From positions 232,119,241-232,183,025 of the forward strand of contig NC_058134.1 of assembly GCF_016433145.1 (NCBI RefSeq): a stretch of 63,785 nt of DNA, written 5' to 3'. The notes under the pieces were generated by a model. It ran no database searches, was not told where the DNA came from, and was given only the letters and a program-made list of their open reading frames with translations. Each line of letters opens with the position of its first letter. Positions within the stretch are counted from its first letter, which is position 1. The translations under genes were made by a program, and so were the position numbers. Below, one piece after another: positions 1 to 11,529 of the stretch. The stretch is from Gracilinanus agilis (lineage: Eukaryota).

Positions 1-600
1 ATTCAGTGGAACGTGCAAACTACATATATGTATGTATGTATAAATATATGTACATGTGCATATGTACACATATATATGTATATGCCTCTGCTATGTTTAG
101 GCACAGAATACAATATACAAGCACAAATATCCATTGGTTTCCTCATTCTTGCTATAGGATCAGACCAATTTCTCTTCAATCCTCTCATCTCTCTAATGAT
201 GGCCTTGATGGCATTTTTCTTGTCTAGCTCTTGGTCAGTAATATTCTGCAGGTTGCCCTGTGACCAAGCCCTTCATCGTTACCCTTTGGGTCAACTTTCA
301 TTCTTCTTACATGGTGGCATTTTCCATTACTGATGTCAAAGGGGACAAAATGTTTCAGAGAGAAATGTTTCATGGGCTCTCAGTTTTAGAGCTGGAAAAT
401 ACTAGAGAGATCAAATCCAACACCCTCTTTTTTTATTTTTTTTTAACAGATATGGAAGCAGAACCTAAGAGAGGTTAATTAATCTAACCAGGGTCACACT
501 ATTATTAAGTATCTGAGAGAGGATTTGAACCCAAGTCTTTTTACCCCTAAGGCTATTCTAAATGGTATAGGTAGAGCACTGATGTAGAAAGAACACTGGA

Positions 601-826
601 GGGGGCAGCTGGGTAGCTCAGTGGAGTGAGAGCCAGGCCTAGAGACAGGAGGTCCTAGGTTCAAACCCGGCCTCAGCCACTTCCCAGCTGTGTGACCCTG
701 GGCAAGTCACTTGACCCCCATTGCCCACCCTTACCACTCTTCCACCTATGAGACAATACACCGAAATACAAGGGTTTAAAAAAAAAATAGTGATAAGTAG
801 GCTAGCAAAAAAAAAAAAAGGAACAA
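601..826 (+). mobile_element. Young tRNA-derived SINE1-type element (opossum SINE1_Mdo-like), inserted into a MIR-like element
   Basis: GGGGGCAGCTGGGTAGCTCAGTGG head with Pol III A box and GGTTCAAACCC B box, A tail, and 15-bp TSD agaaagaacactgga at 586-600 and 827-841. Confidence 0.9.
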
Positions 827-1053
827 AGAAAGAACACTGGACCTGGAGTCTAAGAAGACCTGAATTTGAATCCTACCTCAGAGGTTTATTAACTGCGTGA
901 GCCTGGTTGAATCACTTAACCTACCTCAACCTCAGTTTCCTCATCTGTAAAATTCAGATACAATTTGGATTCCTACTTTTTAGGATTGTTGTGATAATCA
1001 GATAAGATAATACACTTTGCAAACCTTGCAGCACTGTATAAATGTTGGATTTT

Positions 1054-1096
<43 letters not shown>

Positions 1097-1123
1097 GGTA
1101 GTAGTGGTAGTAGTAGTAGTAGT
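1054..1123. repeat. (TAG)n/(TGG)n microsatellite
   Basis: Seen directly. Explains the poly-V and poly-L ORFs. Confidence 0.95.
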
Positions 1124-2229
1124 AATAGGAGTAGCATATCCTCATCCATTCCCCACCCACCCACCTCATCTTTTTAACTATGAACCAGAAGGAGCAAAGG
1201 TTCTCTGTCAGTATTATGGTACCTTAGAAAAATCTTCCCTGAATATAAACATAAAGTAATTAAATAATAAATAATATAAAATAAAAATGTATAAACTGAA
1301 TACAGTGGGCTTCAGTTGGTTCATTTATTACTCAAAACAGCCAATCTCTCATTTTAATATTGGACCCTTGGGAAAGGTCCTGATGGGTGACCACATCGAT
1401 TTCTTCTTCCTGATTTGTGTCCTCTAATGTCAGTTCTTGCATGAAATACCTAACAGAGGAAGGGGAAATTCAGCATCAAATCAATCTGCGAAACATAAAC
1501 TGAGTGTACTGTGTGCCTAGCACTGTGTGAGGTATCAGGGAATAAAATATTGCAGAAGGTGTGTGCGGTCTCCGTGGATTGATGGCACCATTTTATCTTG
1601 GTTGATAGGCTGTCATCTTAAAGAGTAAATTTCTTCCCTCCCTTTTGATCCGCTAGGTTGAACTAGGCAGCGGTAAATATGTCATTTCATTGGTATTCTT
1701 TGATAACAACTTTATTTCTTCCTGCTGTCACCTCAAGGCAAAGGAGAAAATGTACTCTGAATGCTTCTTCCTCAACCCTGGCTACACTGTTCTGTCCTGC
1801 TGGGCTCTTAAAGGTTATTCTGGTCACCCTCGTGAATGTTCCCCGGACTCCAACTGAAATGCCAAAGGAGAACTAAAGAGAGGCATTAGCCAGTGACCAG
1901 CTCCCTAGACAGGAAACCGCAGCAGTCGTGCACATCACACACTACTGGCAAATAGTAGATTCTTTACATTAATAACTTGTTAGTGTCTTTGTTAAATTTG
2001 AGTCATTTTACAACATGCCTGCCATTGAATCGTGCCTTGTTTGAAAGAAAAATTTGAACCAGACGCAATCATGTAATGTCTGATAATGGCACGTGTAACA
2101 TTCCACCCTTAGAGTCTTTTACCTCTTTTTAAAAATCATATAATATTTAATTTAATCTAGTTTCATAAAAACCATATTATATAGCTAACCAACACAGAAT
2201 AAGCGGGTCGCACTGGCCCTGTTATTTTG

Positions 2230-2465
2230 TTGAGCAGCTTGTGGCATAATGGATAGAGCTCTAGGACTGGAATCAGGAAGACCTGGATTCAGATCCAGCC
2301 TCAGACACCTACGAACAATGTGACCCTGGAAGAAGTCACTTAACCCTGTTTTCCTCAGTTTCCTCCTCTGTAAAACGAACTGGAAAAGGAAACAGCAATC
2401 CTCTCCAGTTTTTGCCAAGAAGACCCAAAATGGAGTCAGGGAAATGTGTACAACCGAACAACAGT
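2230..2465 (+). mobile_element. MAR1 marsupial CORE-SINE
   Basis: CORE block cctcagtttcctc..tctgtaaaa followed by an RTE-like tail ggaaaaggaaa...tttgccaagaa...gaacaac. Confidence 0.8.
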
Positions 2466-3268
2466 CCTGGAAGGATGCCACTATAAATCATTTCTCAGAG
2501 AAAGAATTTAAGAACTACCTAATTCAACCGCAAATTGACATTCATTGCCTCTGTGACCTTGGGTAAATCACTACCCTCTCCCAGCCTCAGTTTCCTTATC
2601 TGTCAACAGTGGGTTGGACTCGATGTCCTCTGAGGTTCCTTTCAGATCCAGATCAATGATCCTCAGATCCTATGAATGGCTCTCTGAGTTATGCAGGACA
2701 TCTCCAAGTCCCCTTTCCAGGTGAGGAAAATGAGTCACAGAAACCTGCCCAAGTATACCTTATATCATGTAGGAAACGGTTCATTAAGGTGTTTTACTGT
2801 GAATTTTTTAGCTCTGCTGTTCATTTTAGAGTCATACAGTTGCTAAGCATCTAAGTCAGGGTCCTTAAGACCAGTCATTTTACATCGAAGGGAATCCGGT
2901 TCAAAGAAATGCATTGAAATGACCCCTCTAAGACCACACAGCTCATTAGTAGCATCAGATCTCCTGACTCCTTCCTTGTCCAGGTCTCTAAGTCCCATCT
3001 ACATGGCTGCTTCAGGGTGCAGGAAGGGGTTTCTCCAGTTCTTCTACTCTAATCACACATTAATTCAAATATATTTCTGTTGTGTGCCCTGTTCAGAAAA
3101 TGTTCCCTTGGAGGCAGGGCGGTGTGGTAACTAGAGAGCTATAAAGGGATCAGAAAGGACATTTGTGGATGGGTGGCACCCACCCAACCCAAGTAAGTCA
3201 TTTAGATTCTCAGTGGCCTCAGGCACTCTGCATTGAGAAAGAGTTTTCTCACCTGGAGCTCCTCCTAC

Positions 3269-3271
<3 letters not shown>

Positions 3272-3314
<43 letters not shown>
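3272..3314. repeat. (CAT)n microsatellite
   Basis: Seen directly. Explains the poly-H and poly-D ORFs. Confidence 0.95.
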
Positions 3315-4174
3315 CAGATGGTCCCAAAAAAACACATTGGATTGAATATGACCCTGTAGTTACCATTTTGCATATCTGATCATGGCCTTAGAGACCTGAT
3401 GTGCCATACTGGTTTAGACTATAAGCAAGTAACTTAACCCTGTTTGCCTCAGTTTCCTCCTCTGTAAAATGAACTGGAAAAGGAAACCACAGTCCTCTCC
3501 AGTGTTTTTGCCAAGAAGACCCAAAATAGAGTCAGGAAAATGTGTACAACTGAACAACAGTCCTGGAAGGATACCACTGTAAACTGTGAAACATATAGCA
3601 CTTTTGGAGGCAGTGGGTACAGTAGAAAGGTAGTGTACAGTGGTTTCTGTACAGTGAATGACTTCTGGAGTCAGAGGACCTGGGTTCAAATTCTGCTCCT
3701 GGTGCTTGCTACCTACTTATATGCCCTTGGGCAAGTCCCTGGGCCTCCATCTATAAAACGAGCTGGCTGGATTCAATGGCTTCCATAGCTATGAACAATA
3801 GAACTTTTTATTTTCCACCTGCATCTTCCTGTGACTTTGGAGCCTGGGGTTGGAGGGGTGAGAGGACATATTAAGGGGATTTCATCTCTGCTTGTTAAAT
3901 TTCCTTCCCTGCTCCAATTCTGTATTTCTTCAAAATAGGATGCAAGTAAGCAACACATGAATAGAGAATAAGAAATGCAGTGGAGTCCCATTGACAATCA
4001 GGTTGGGGAAAAGCAGAGGAGGTGAAATTCCCAGCTCTCCTTTTCAAGTGTTGGTGATTTCAGTGGTGGTAATGGAGGAAGGAGAAAGCAGCTCTAGAAT
4101 CTCCCAAATAATTCAGTCCAATGTGTGCCAATCAGCCCATCCTGCAGGTCACACTGATCACTGATGTCAGCAAG

Positions 4175-5090
4175 TTAAGTCAACAAGCAATTATCAAGCC
4201 CTTGCTATTCACCAGGTACTTTTCTAAGTGCTCGAGATACAAAGAAAAGTGAAACCCAGTCCCTGACCTCTAGGAGCTGATAGTCTAATGAGGAAGGCAA
4301 TAAAAACAGATCTAGGCAAGATAGATTGGAGATAATCAACAGAAGGAAAGTAGGAATACTAAGGAAGACTGGGAAAGACATCTTGCCGAAGGTAGAATTT
4401 TAGTTGGGACTTCAGGGAAGCCAGGGAGAAGAGATGAGGAGGGAGAGAATTACAGGCTTGGGGAAAAGCCAGAATCAGGAACTGGAGTCTCATGTTCAAG
4501 AAGCAACAAAAGAAGGGGCAGCCAGGTGGCTCAGTGGATAGAGAAGGAAGATTTGGGTTCAAACTGACTTCAAACACTTCCTAGCTGTGTGACCCTGGGC
4601 AAGTCACTTAAGTCTGATTGCTTAGCCCTTGACCTTCTGTTTTAGAAATTATATTAAGACAGAAGGTAAGGATTAAAAATATATATATATATATATTAGA
4701 TATTAGATATTCTATCCAAATTTGCATTTAGACCATTTATCCAATCCACAAACATTGATTAAGTGCTTACTTATGCCAAGCACTCTGTTAAACACTAGAC
4801 ATACAAAGACAAAAATGAAAAATAATCCCTGCCTTGATATTCTAAGAGGAGAGATAAGTGCATATACAAAACATACACAGTAAATATAATGAACTAAAAA
4901 GTGGTTAAAATAAAGTATAAAGTAGATTGAAAGAGAGGCCACTAGCCATTGGGGAGGGATATCAGAAAAGGTTTCATGAAGAGAAAATGGTGCTTGAGTT
5001 GGACCTTGAAGGAAGAGAGGGAGTCTAGGAAACAGAGATGAGGAGGGAGAACTTTCTAGGCTTGGGGAGAGTCATTACAAAGGCTCAGAG
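4175..5090 (-). mobile_element. L2 3' remnants (two copies, with an intervening SINE)
   Basis: attgattaagtgcttacttatgccaagcactctg..ccctgccttga is the reverse complement of the L2 3' end. Further L2 pieces lie near 7000, 8160, 29750, 48430 and 55080. Confidence 0.65.
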
Positions 5091-8000
5091 ACTTATATGG
5101 GGAGAATAAGACCAAGATGATGGATTGATCACTACAGGGGCTAATTAGCTTCTCATAGGAAAAATAGTGTCATGGTAATAGAAGGGCAGCCAGTTGGCAC
5201 AGTGGATAGTGTGTCAGATCTGGAGTTAGGAAAAGCCCCAAATGAGGTCACAAGGAGTCAGACCTGGCTTCCATTGCTTCCTCAGACATTTCCTAGCTGA
5301 CCTTGGATGAGTCACTTAAGGAAACTGAGGCAAGGAGGCAGTTAGGTGGCTGAGTAGGTAAAGAGCCAGGTCTGAGGATGGGAGATCCTAGATTCAAATG
5401 TGACTTCAGACACTTCCCAGCTGGGTGACCCTGGGCAAATCACTGCCCAGCCCTTGCCACCCTTCTGCCTTGGAACCAATACAAAGTACTGATTCTAAGA
5501 CAGAATGTAAGGGTTTAAAAAGAAAAGAAAACTGAGGCAGAACAGGGGAAGAGAGGTGTGGAGTCTGGGGGAATTTTGAGCCCCTGTTTCCTCATCTATC
5601 AAAAGAAGCTGATCATCATACCTGCCTCCCAAGGCTGTTGTGAAGATCAAATGAGATAACATTTATAAAATGTTTTGCTAACCTTAAAGCCCTCTATAAA
5701 CGTTAGCTATTGTTAGCAAGCTACCAGGCACTGTGCTAAGTGCTTAGGATATGAGGAAAGGCAAAATTAATTTGTAGAGGGAGTTTCCTCCATGAGATGT
5801 TCCCTGTAACAGTGAAATCACAGGGGTAGTTAAAAAAAAAAATAAAAGAGTGCTTCATAACTATAAAAAGCCATGCAAATTAGAATCTGGGAGTGCTATT
5901 CCTTGGCCATAGATGACAGTCCTAACCCTGGCCAATTATCTCATAAATACATTACTTTTTCCCAGCAGGTACCAGGTGAGAGAGTGTGACCCAATGCCCA
6001 ACTAATAGGACTCCTAACAGGGCAAGTCCAAACACTGAGCCTCCTGGTGGGTAAATAGCAGCGTCCCCTTCCTTTGCAAATGGGGAATCATTTGCAAGCT
6101 TTTTTTCATCAGGTTTTTTACTTATAGCCTAGTACTTAAAATCATTTCTTTGAACGTAGGTCTCTCTATTCTACAAATGGATAGAGCTTAAACAGATGGG
6201 GTAGTAGATAAGAGTGTCGAAACTGGAGTTGGGAAGACCTGAATTCAAATCTCTTCACCTCCCTCAGCCTCAGTTTCTTTATCTGCCAATGAAGGATGTT
6301 GGACTTGATAACTTCCTGAGGTTCCTTCCCTCCCTTAGATCTAGAACCCTATGAATTGGTGGTTTTAAATTGATTCAGTTTGGTTCAAAAAGCATTTATT
6401 CGGCACCTACTATGAGCCAGCCACTTCCCTGAGTGCTACGATATTCAGTGACAAAAATGAAATTATACCTGCCCTCAGAGAGCTTATATTTTTCTGTGGA
6501 GATATTCTATATTAACATAGAAACTATTAACATATAAGGTAAGACGTAATTCCAAGTGGATCCATGCTTACTAACGGTGTTTGCCACCATCACTGATGTT
6601 TTCAAAGTGTTTTGATATTGTGAACCTGATTTAAAATGAGAGCATAAGGGGCAGCTAGGTAACCCAGCAGATAGAGTGCCAGGGCTGGAGTCAAGAGGTC
6701 CTGGGTTCAAATTTGGATTCAGACTCTTCCTAGCTGTGTGACCCTGGGCAAGTCACTTAATCCCAATTACTCAAGTCTTGCCACTTTTCTACTAAGGCAG
6801 AAGGTAAATTTTGGTGGGTTTTTTTAATAATAAAAATAAAGGATACATACCCCAATTTGGTTTATAGAAATTAAGAAGACCAATTTATGAATATGTATTG
6901 AACACTAAATATATTTGCAAATTCTGCACAAATCCTAGTCTAGCTGCTGAAAGGAAGGTCAAGTCCTATACTTTTAAAAAATTCCCAGTCTATCAATCAA
7001 TATGTATTAACTGAGTGCCAGGCACAGTGCTTTCCATGGGGGAGTGGGGATGGGGCAGAGATACAAAAAGAGACAAAAAAAAAAAAACAATCCCTGCCCT
7101 CAAGGAGCTCACAATCTAGCAGGGAAGATAACGTGCAAATCAACAAGTTGTATCAAGAATAAATGGGAAATAATTAACAGAAGGTAGGCACCAGAATTAA
7201 CAGGGGTTAGGGAAGGCTTTTTAATTGAAGAGACAAAACTTCCCCACATGGAAAGCTAATTAGCAATATAATGATAAACACCAAGGGTGAGATCCCACAG
7301 GAGAAAATCTGGAAAAGGAATGGAACTTGGCTAGGAATAGGGAAGGTTTCTCCAAGGTTGGTTACTCCATGGGTGAAATGCTGTCTCTCCTTACCTCCAC
7401 TTCTTGGAATCCCCAATTCACTTCAGGGTTCAGCTCAGAGTCTCTCTTCTAAGTCTTTCCTGACTCTCTAGAAGTTTACACCTCTTTTTCCCTAAATCAT
7501 TTTATATTTATTTTTAATGAACAAATGAAAATGAGATTTATTACATACTGTGGCACTACGCACTCTGGATAAAAGGAGTGAGTAAAAGAAGACAATCCTG
7601 CCATTAAGGAGTTTTTATTCTAGCAGGAGGAAGCAATGTGAATAGAGGAGAAATGGCTAGCCAAGAATGTTTTGGTCTGGATGGCCACAAGAAATAGTGA
7701 GTGAAACCAATTGAGCCATGAGCCCTTTCCAGAAGCAATGGTGGTTTTAATTTGATTCTTATCACAAGAGGACAGTGGGAAAGGTGGGGAACGAGGGAAT
7801 GATGACATGGTAAAAAGATGGCCAGGGTAAAACATGGTGGGAAATCCATGGCAGGTGGCTACAAAGGCCCCAATGATGGAGCTGACTTTCCCCAGCAGAG
7901 TCCATATTCTCTGATGGCTCGTAATCTCATTTTCTGTTCCCAGTGCCTAACACACAGTATGAGCTTAAGAAATGCCTGTTAATTGGTAGAGTTTGGAAAG

Positions 8001-8716
8001 AGAGCTTCATAAAACATTCATGTTATTAGAAGCTTTCTGGAAAAGGTATTAATTAACAAAGTGCAAAAGATACTTCTGACTGGTCATTTAAAATCCATCA
8101 TACTCTGACCAACTAGCATTACTCTTTATTAGCCAAAGTAGCACACTTGCAGTTCTTCAAACTCATATTTCATCTTCTACTTCCTTACCTTTGCCCTGGC
8201 TATCCCTCATGCCTAAATTGTGCTTCCTTCTCACCTCCACTTCTCAGAAATGCCCTCTCCTGAGGGACATCTTTCTTGATTCCCCTAGTAATCAGCGTTG
8301 TCTCTCTCCTCTCTGGTCCTTTTTTACCAGTTTACATGTTGTGTCCTCCCCCCACTAGAAGGTAAGTCCATTAAGGTTGGGTGAGGTTTTTCATTTTATC
8401 TCTGTGTCCCCAAAGCATGATACCTTGATCTTCCTGGATGATTAGTAAATACTTGCTCATTTTCTCAAAAAAGAACATTTATTAAGCACCTACTATGTGC
8501 AAGATACCATGCTCAATGCTGATTAAATTTAATTATGCAGAAACCTAGTCTGAAAGATTGTCTTTTCCTCAGTTTTGGCTGAGGTTTCTGGAGACATTTT
8601 AAAATGTCAGTACTATTTATAAGTAAGCAGGTAGGGGAGACTGAAGCCAATATATTTGTCACAAAGCATACTTGTAATCTGGCTCCTTGTGTTCCAAAGC
8701 CCTTTGTGGAGTCTTG

Positions 8717-8718
<2 letters not shown>

Positions 8719-8770
<52 letters not shown>
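8719..8770. repeat. (GT)n microsatellite
   Basis: Perfect dinucleotide run. Confidence 0.95.
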
Positions 8771-8772
<2 letters not shown>

Positions 8773-9589
8773 GTGATGACCACCGGCGTGCAGCTCTATA
8801 TAAGAGAACAAGAAAGGTCAGCAGGAAAGATAGAATGGAGTGATTTTAGTAAGAAATATGTGGCCACCACTTAGAAAAGGCATTGTGGGATTGGTATGTG
8901 ATTTATTCACTTTCACCCCTGAAGTTAGAATTGGGAAGTTCCTGGGTTCAAATCCTGCCTCCAATTTGTGATCAAGGTTGAGTTGCTTTACCACTCTCTA
9001 CCTCAGTTTCCTCATCTGTATGAGTGAGGGTCAACCTAGATGACCACTGGAGTCCCTTCAATTCTAAATTCTACAATCCCCTACCAAAATCTACTCTTCG
9101 CAATGCTAAACAATCTTCTGAAAACACATTAATTGGTTTACTCTTTTACTTGGAACCCTTAGGGGCTCTCCCTACTAACTATCCAAGTTACACTGGCAAT
9201 ACGTGTTCTTGGCTGTCAGGTGTCATGGGACCTAAGATCCGAAGCTAGAAGGGAGATCAGAGGCCATCTAATCTCTCGTTTTACAGTTGAGGAAACCGAG
9301 ACCCAATGAAATAATAAAATCAGAGATCTAGAGATAGAAGGAACATCAGAAGTCTAGTCCAACATCTCCATTTTATGGATAAGAAAGTTTGAGACTAAAG
9401 GAGGTTATGTATGGCATGGTGGGTAGAATGCTGACCAGGAAGACCTAGATTTGAATCCTGCCTCTGATTTGTCTGTGTGACCATAGGCAAGTCTTAGCTT
9501 TAATTTCCTCATTTGTAAGATGGGGAAAAGGGGGGGGGGGGGAATAATGAGATCAAATGAAACTACAAATATTGGGATCAAAGGAGATT

Positions 9590-9836
9590 TTCAGTCTTTC
9601 TTTAGTTACTTTTGACTCTTCCTGACCTTACTTGGGGTTTTCTTGGCAAAGATACTGGAGTGGTTTGCCATTTCCTTCTCTAGCTTATTTTACAGATAAA
9701 GAAAGGGAGGCAAACAGGATTAAATAATTTGCTCAAGGCCACCTAGTCAGTAAGTGTCTGAGACCAGATTTGAACTCAATGTGAGTCTTCCTGACTCCAG
9801 GCCCAGCACCCTATCCACTGTGCCACCCAGTAACCC
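9590..9836 (-). mobile_element. MAR1 CORE-SINE
   Basis: ggggttttcttggcaaagatactggagtggtttgccatttccttctc, the reverse complement of the MAR1 tail. Confidence 0.8.
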
Positions 9837-11023
9837 ATCAAATGAGATAGACTATGAGAAGTAGTCCACAAATCTTAACATGTTTTTCAAAGACAAATAT
9901 TATGACTCTTGTTAACTGGCTTGCCCATAAGGTTGTAAGTGTCAGATCTTACTTACAACTTACAAGTGAGATTGGACTTACAACTCCCAACGTGTACCTG
10001 TCGGATCCAGGACTTGAACCTGTGTCTTTGATGCCCACAACAGTCCAGCCTTTCCACTGCACCACACTGCTTTGGTTCACTCCACAAGCCTGGCTCCAAT
10101 CTAATCTTCTAGCCTCATATCATTGTATTGTCTTCCGTGTAGTATGTATTCCAACCAAATTGAATTTGACAATGCCGATGCTTTCTCATCTCCCTTGCTC
10201 ATCGCCGTCCCTTTACTGATGCCCTTCGCCATGCTTAGAATGGTCCCCCCTATTTCTCAGTCCATTCAAATTCCTCCCATCCTTTCAGATTATAGCCAAT
10301 TCCTAACTTTCCCATGAAAAGCTGACCTCCACAAGTGATCCTACCTTCTTCCAATGCTCAAAACCTAGTGTCTATATTTCTCTTGAGCTGTTTGAGTTCT
10401 TCCTTATATCATTACATTTGCAAGTCTTCCCACCACCACCCAGATTTATATATATATGCAAGCCAGATAGCCTAGTGAGCTGACTTCAAAGTCTCTAATG
10501 CATGTTGAGTCTGGCCAGGTGGACAAGTTCTTTAACCCTTCAATGCTTCCAGCATCTCTCAAAGAGAAGATGCTAACTTGCATTGATTATAGAGTCCCCT
10601 CACTTGGGATTTTCCTATATGATTGAAATCACAAGTCATGCATGTAACATGTATGTGTCTCCCTACCAGACATAGAAGACTCATCAGTCTGAGAAACTCT
10701 TTGCCAAGGGTGGACCACAATTTCTCCATGACCTAGTCATCTTAGGGAATTGCTTTCAGTTCAGAGAACAAAGTTGGGTTAAGGTTAAAGTCAGCTGTTG
10801 AGAAATTTCATGGTATGAGAGAAAGGCTCTTATTCACCTATGAGCCCATGAAATAGTCACCTCAACTCCCTAAATATCAGTTTCCTTAGCAATACAATGG
10901 GAGAGAGGCAAGGGTATCTATTTGGCCTCTGAGGTCTCTTCTAGCTCTGGATCTGATCAGGTGTCAGTGGTGGGATTGGAACTCCAAATTCCTGATTCCA
11001 ATCCATTCCTTTGTGTTCTAGGC

Positions 11024-11494
11024 CAAAGGTATCAAACACTTCTGCAACATTCCAGAGTCCTTTGGGGAACTAGATTAAAAATAAATTGGGAAATATTTAA
11101 CAAAATAAATAAAAATTCAGTAGAAGATAGATCATGTTAAAATGTGGTTTTTCCAAGTCAACATGGTACTGCTATTTGGGGCAGTTAGGAAGTACAGGGG
11201 ATAGAGTGCCATTTCTAAATTCAGGAAAATCTGGATTCAAATCTAGCTTCAAAGACTTACTACCTATGTGACCCTGGACAGATCCTTTAACCATGTCTGC
11301 CTCAGTTTCCTCATCCAGAAAATGAGCCAGAGAAGAAAAACAGCAAACCACTCCAGTACCTTTGCCAAGAAAACTCCAAATGGGGTCACAAAGAGTCAGA
11401 CATGATTGAAAAATGACTGAACAACAAATGGTGCCTGCAGGGATTATCATTTGAGTTTAATGGCTCCCTTTTCTACTTGAGTTTCACACTGCTG
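11024..11494. mobile_element. Copy of the same hAT MITE family as 59515, interrupted by a MAR1
   Basis: caaaggtatcaaac ... gagtttcacactgctg ends. Internal blocks are homologous to 59515-59600 and 59950-60091. Confidence 0.65.
11178..11428 (+). mobile_element. MAR1 CORE-SINE nested in a hAT MITE
   Basis: Full head, core and tail ending aaaaatgactgaacaacaa. Confidence 0.85.
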
Positions 11495-11529
11495 GGCTGG
11501 GCTGGGCTGGGCTGGGCTGGGCTGGGCTG
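11491..11529. repeat. (GGGCT)n microsatellite
   Basis: Perfect pentanucleotide run at the end of the hAT MITE. Confidence 0.95.

Noticed and set aside
601-680. tRNA gene
   Set aside because: The A/B boxes belong to SINE heads. There is no cloverleaf, and the sequence continues into SINE body.
9854-10219. 121-aa ORF
   Set aside because: It runs through MIR- and L2-like remnants, with no recognisable domain or splice sites.
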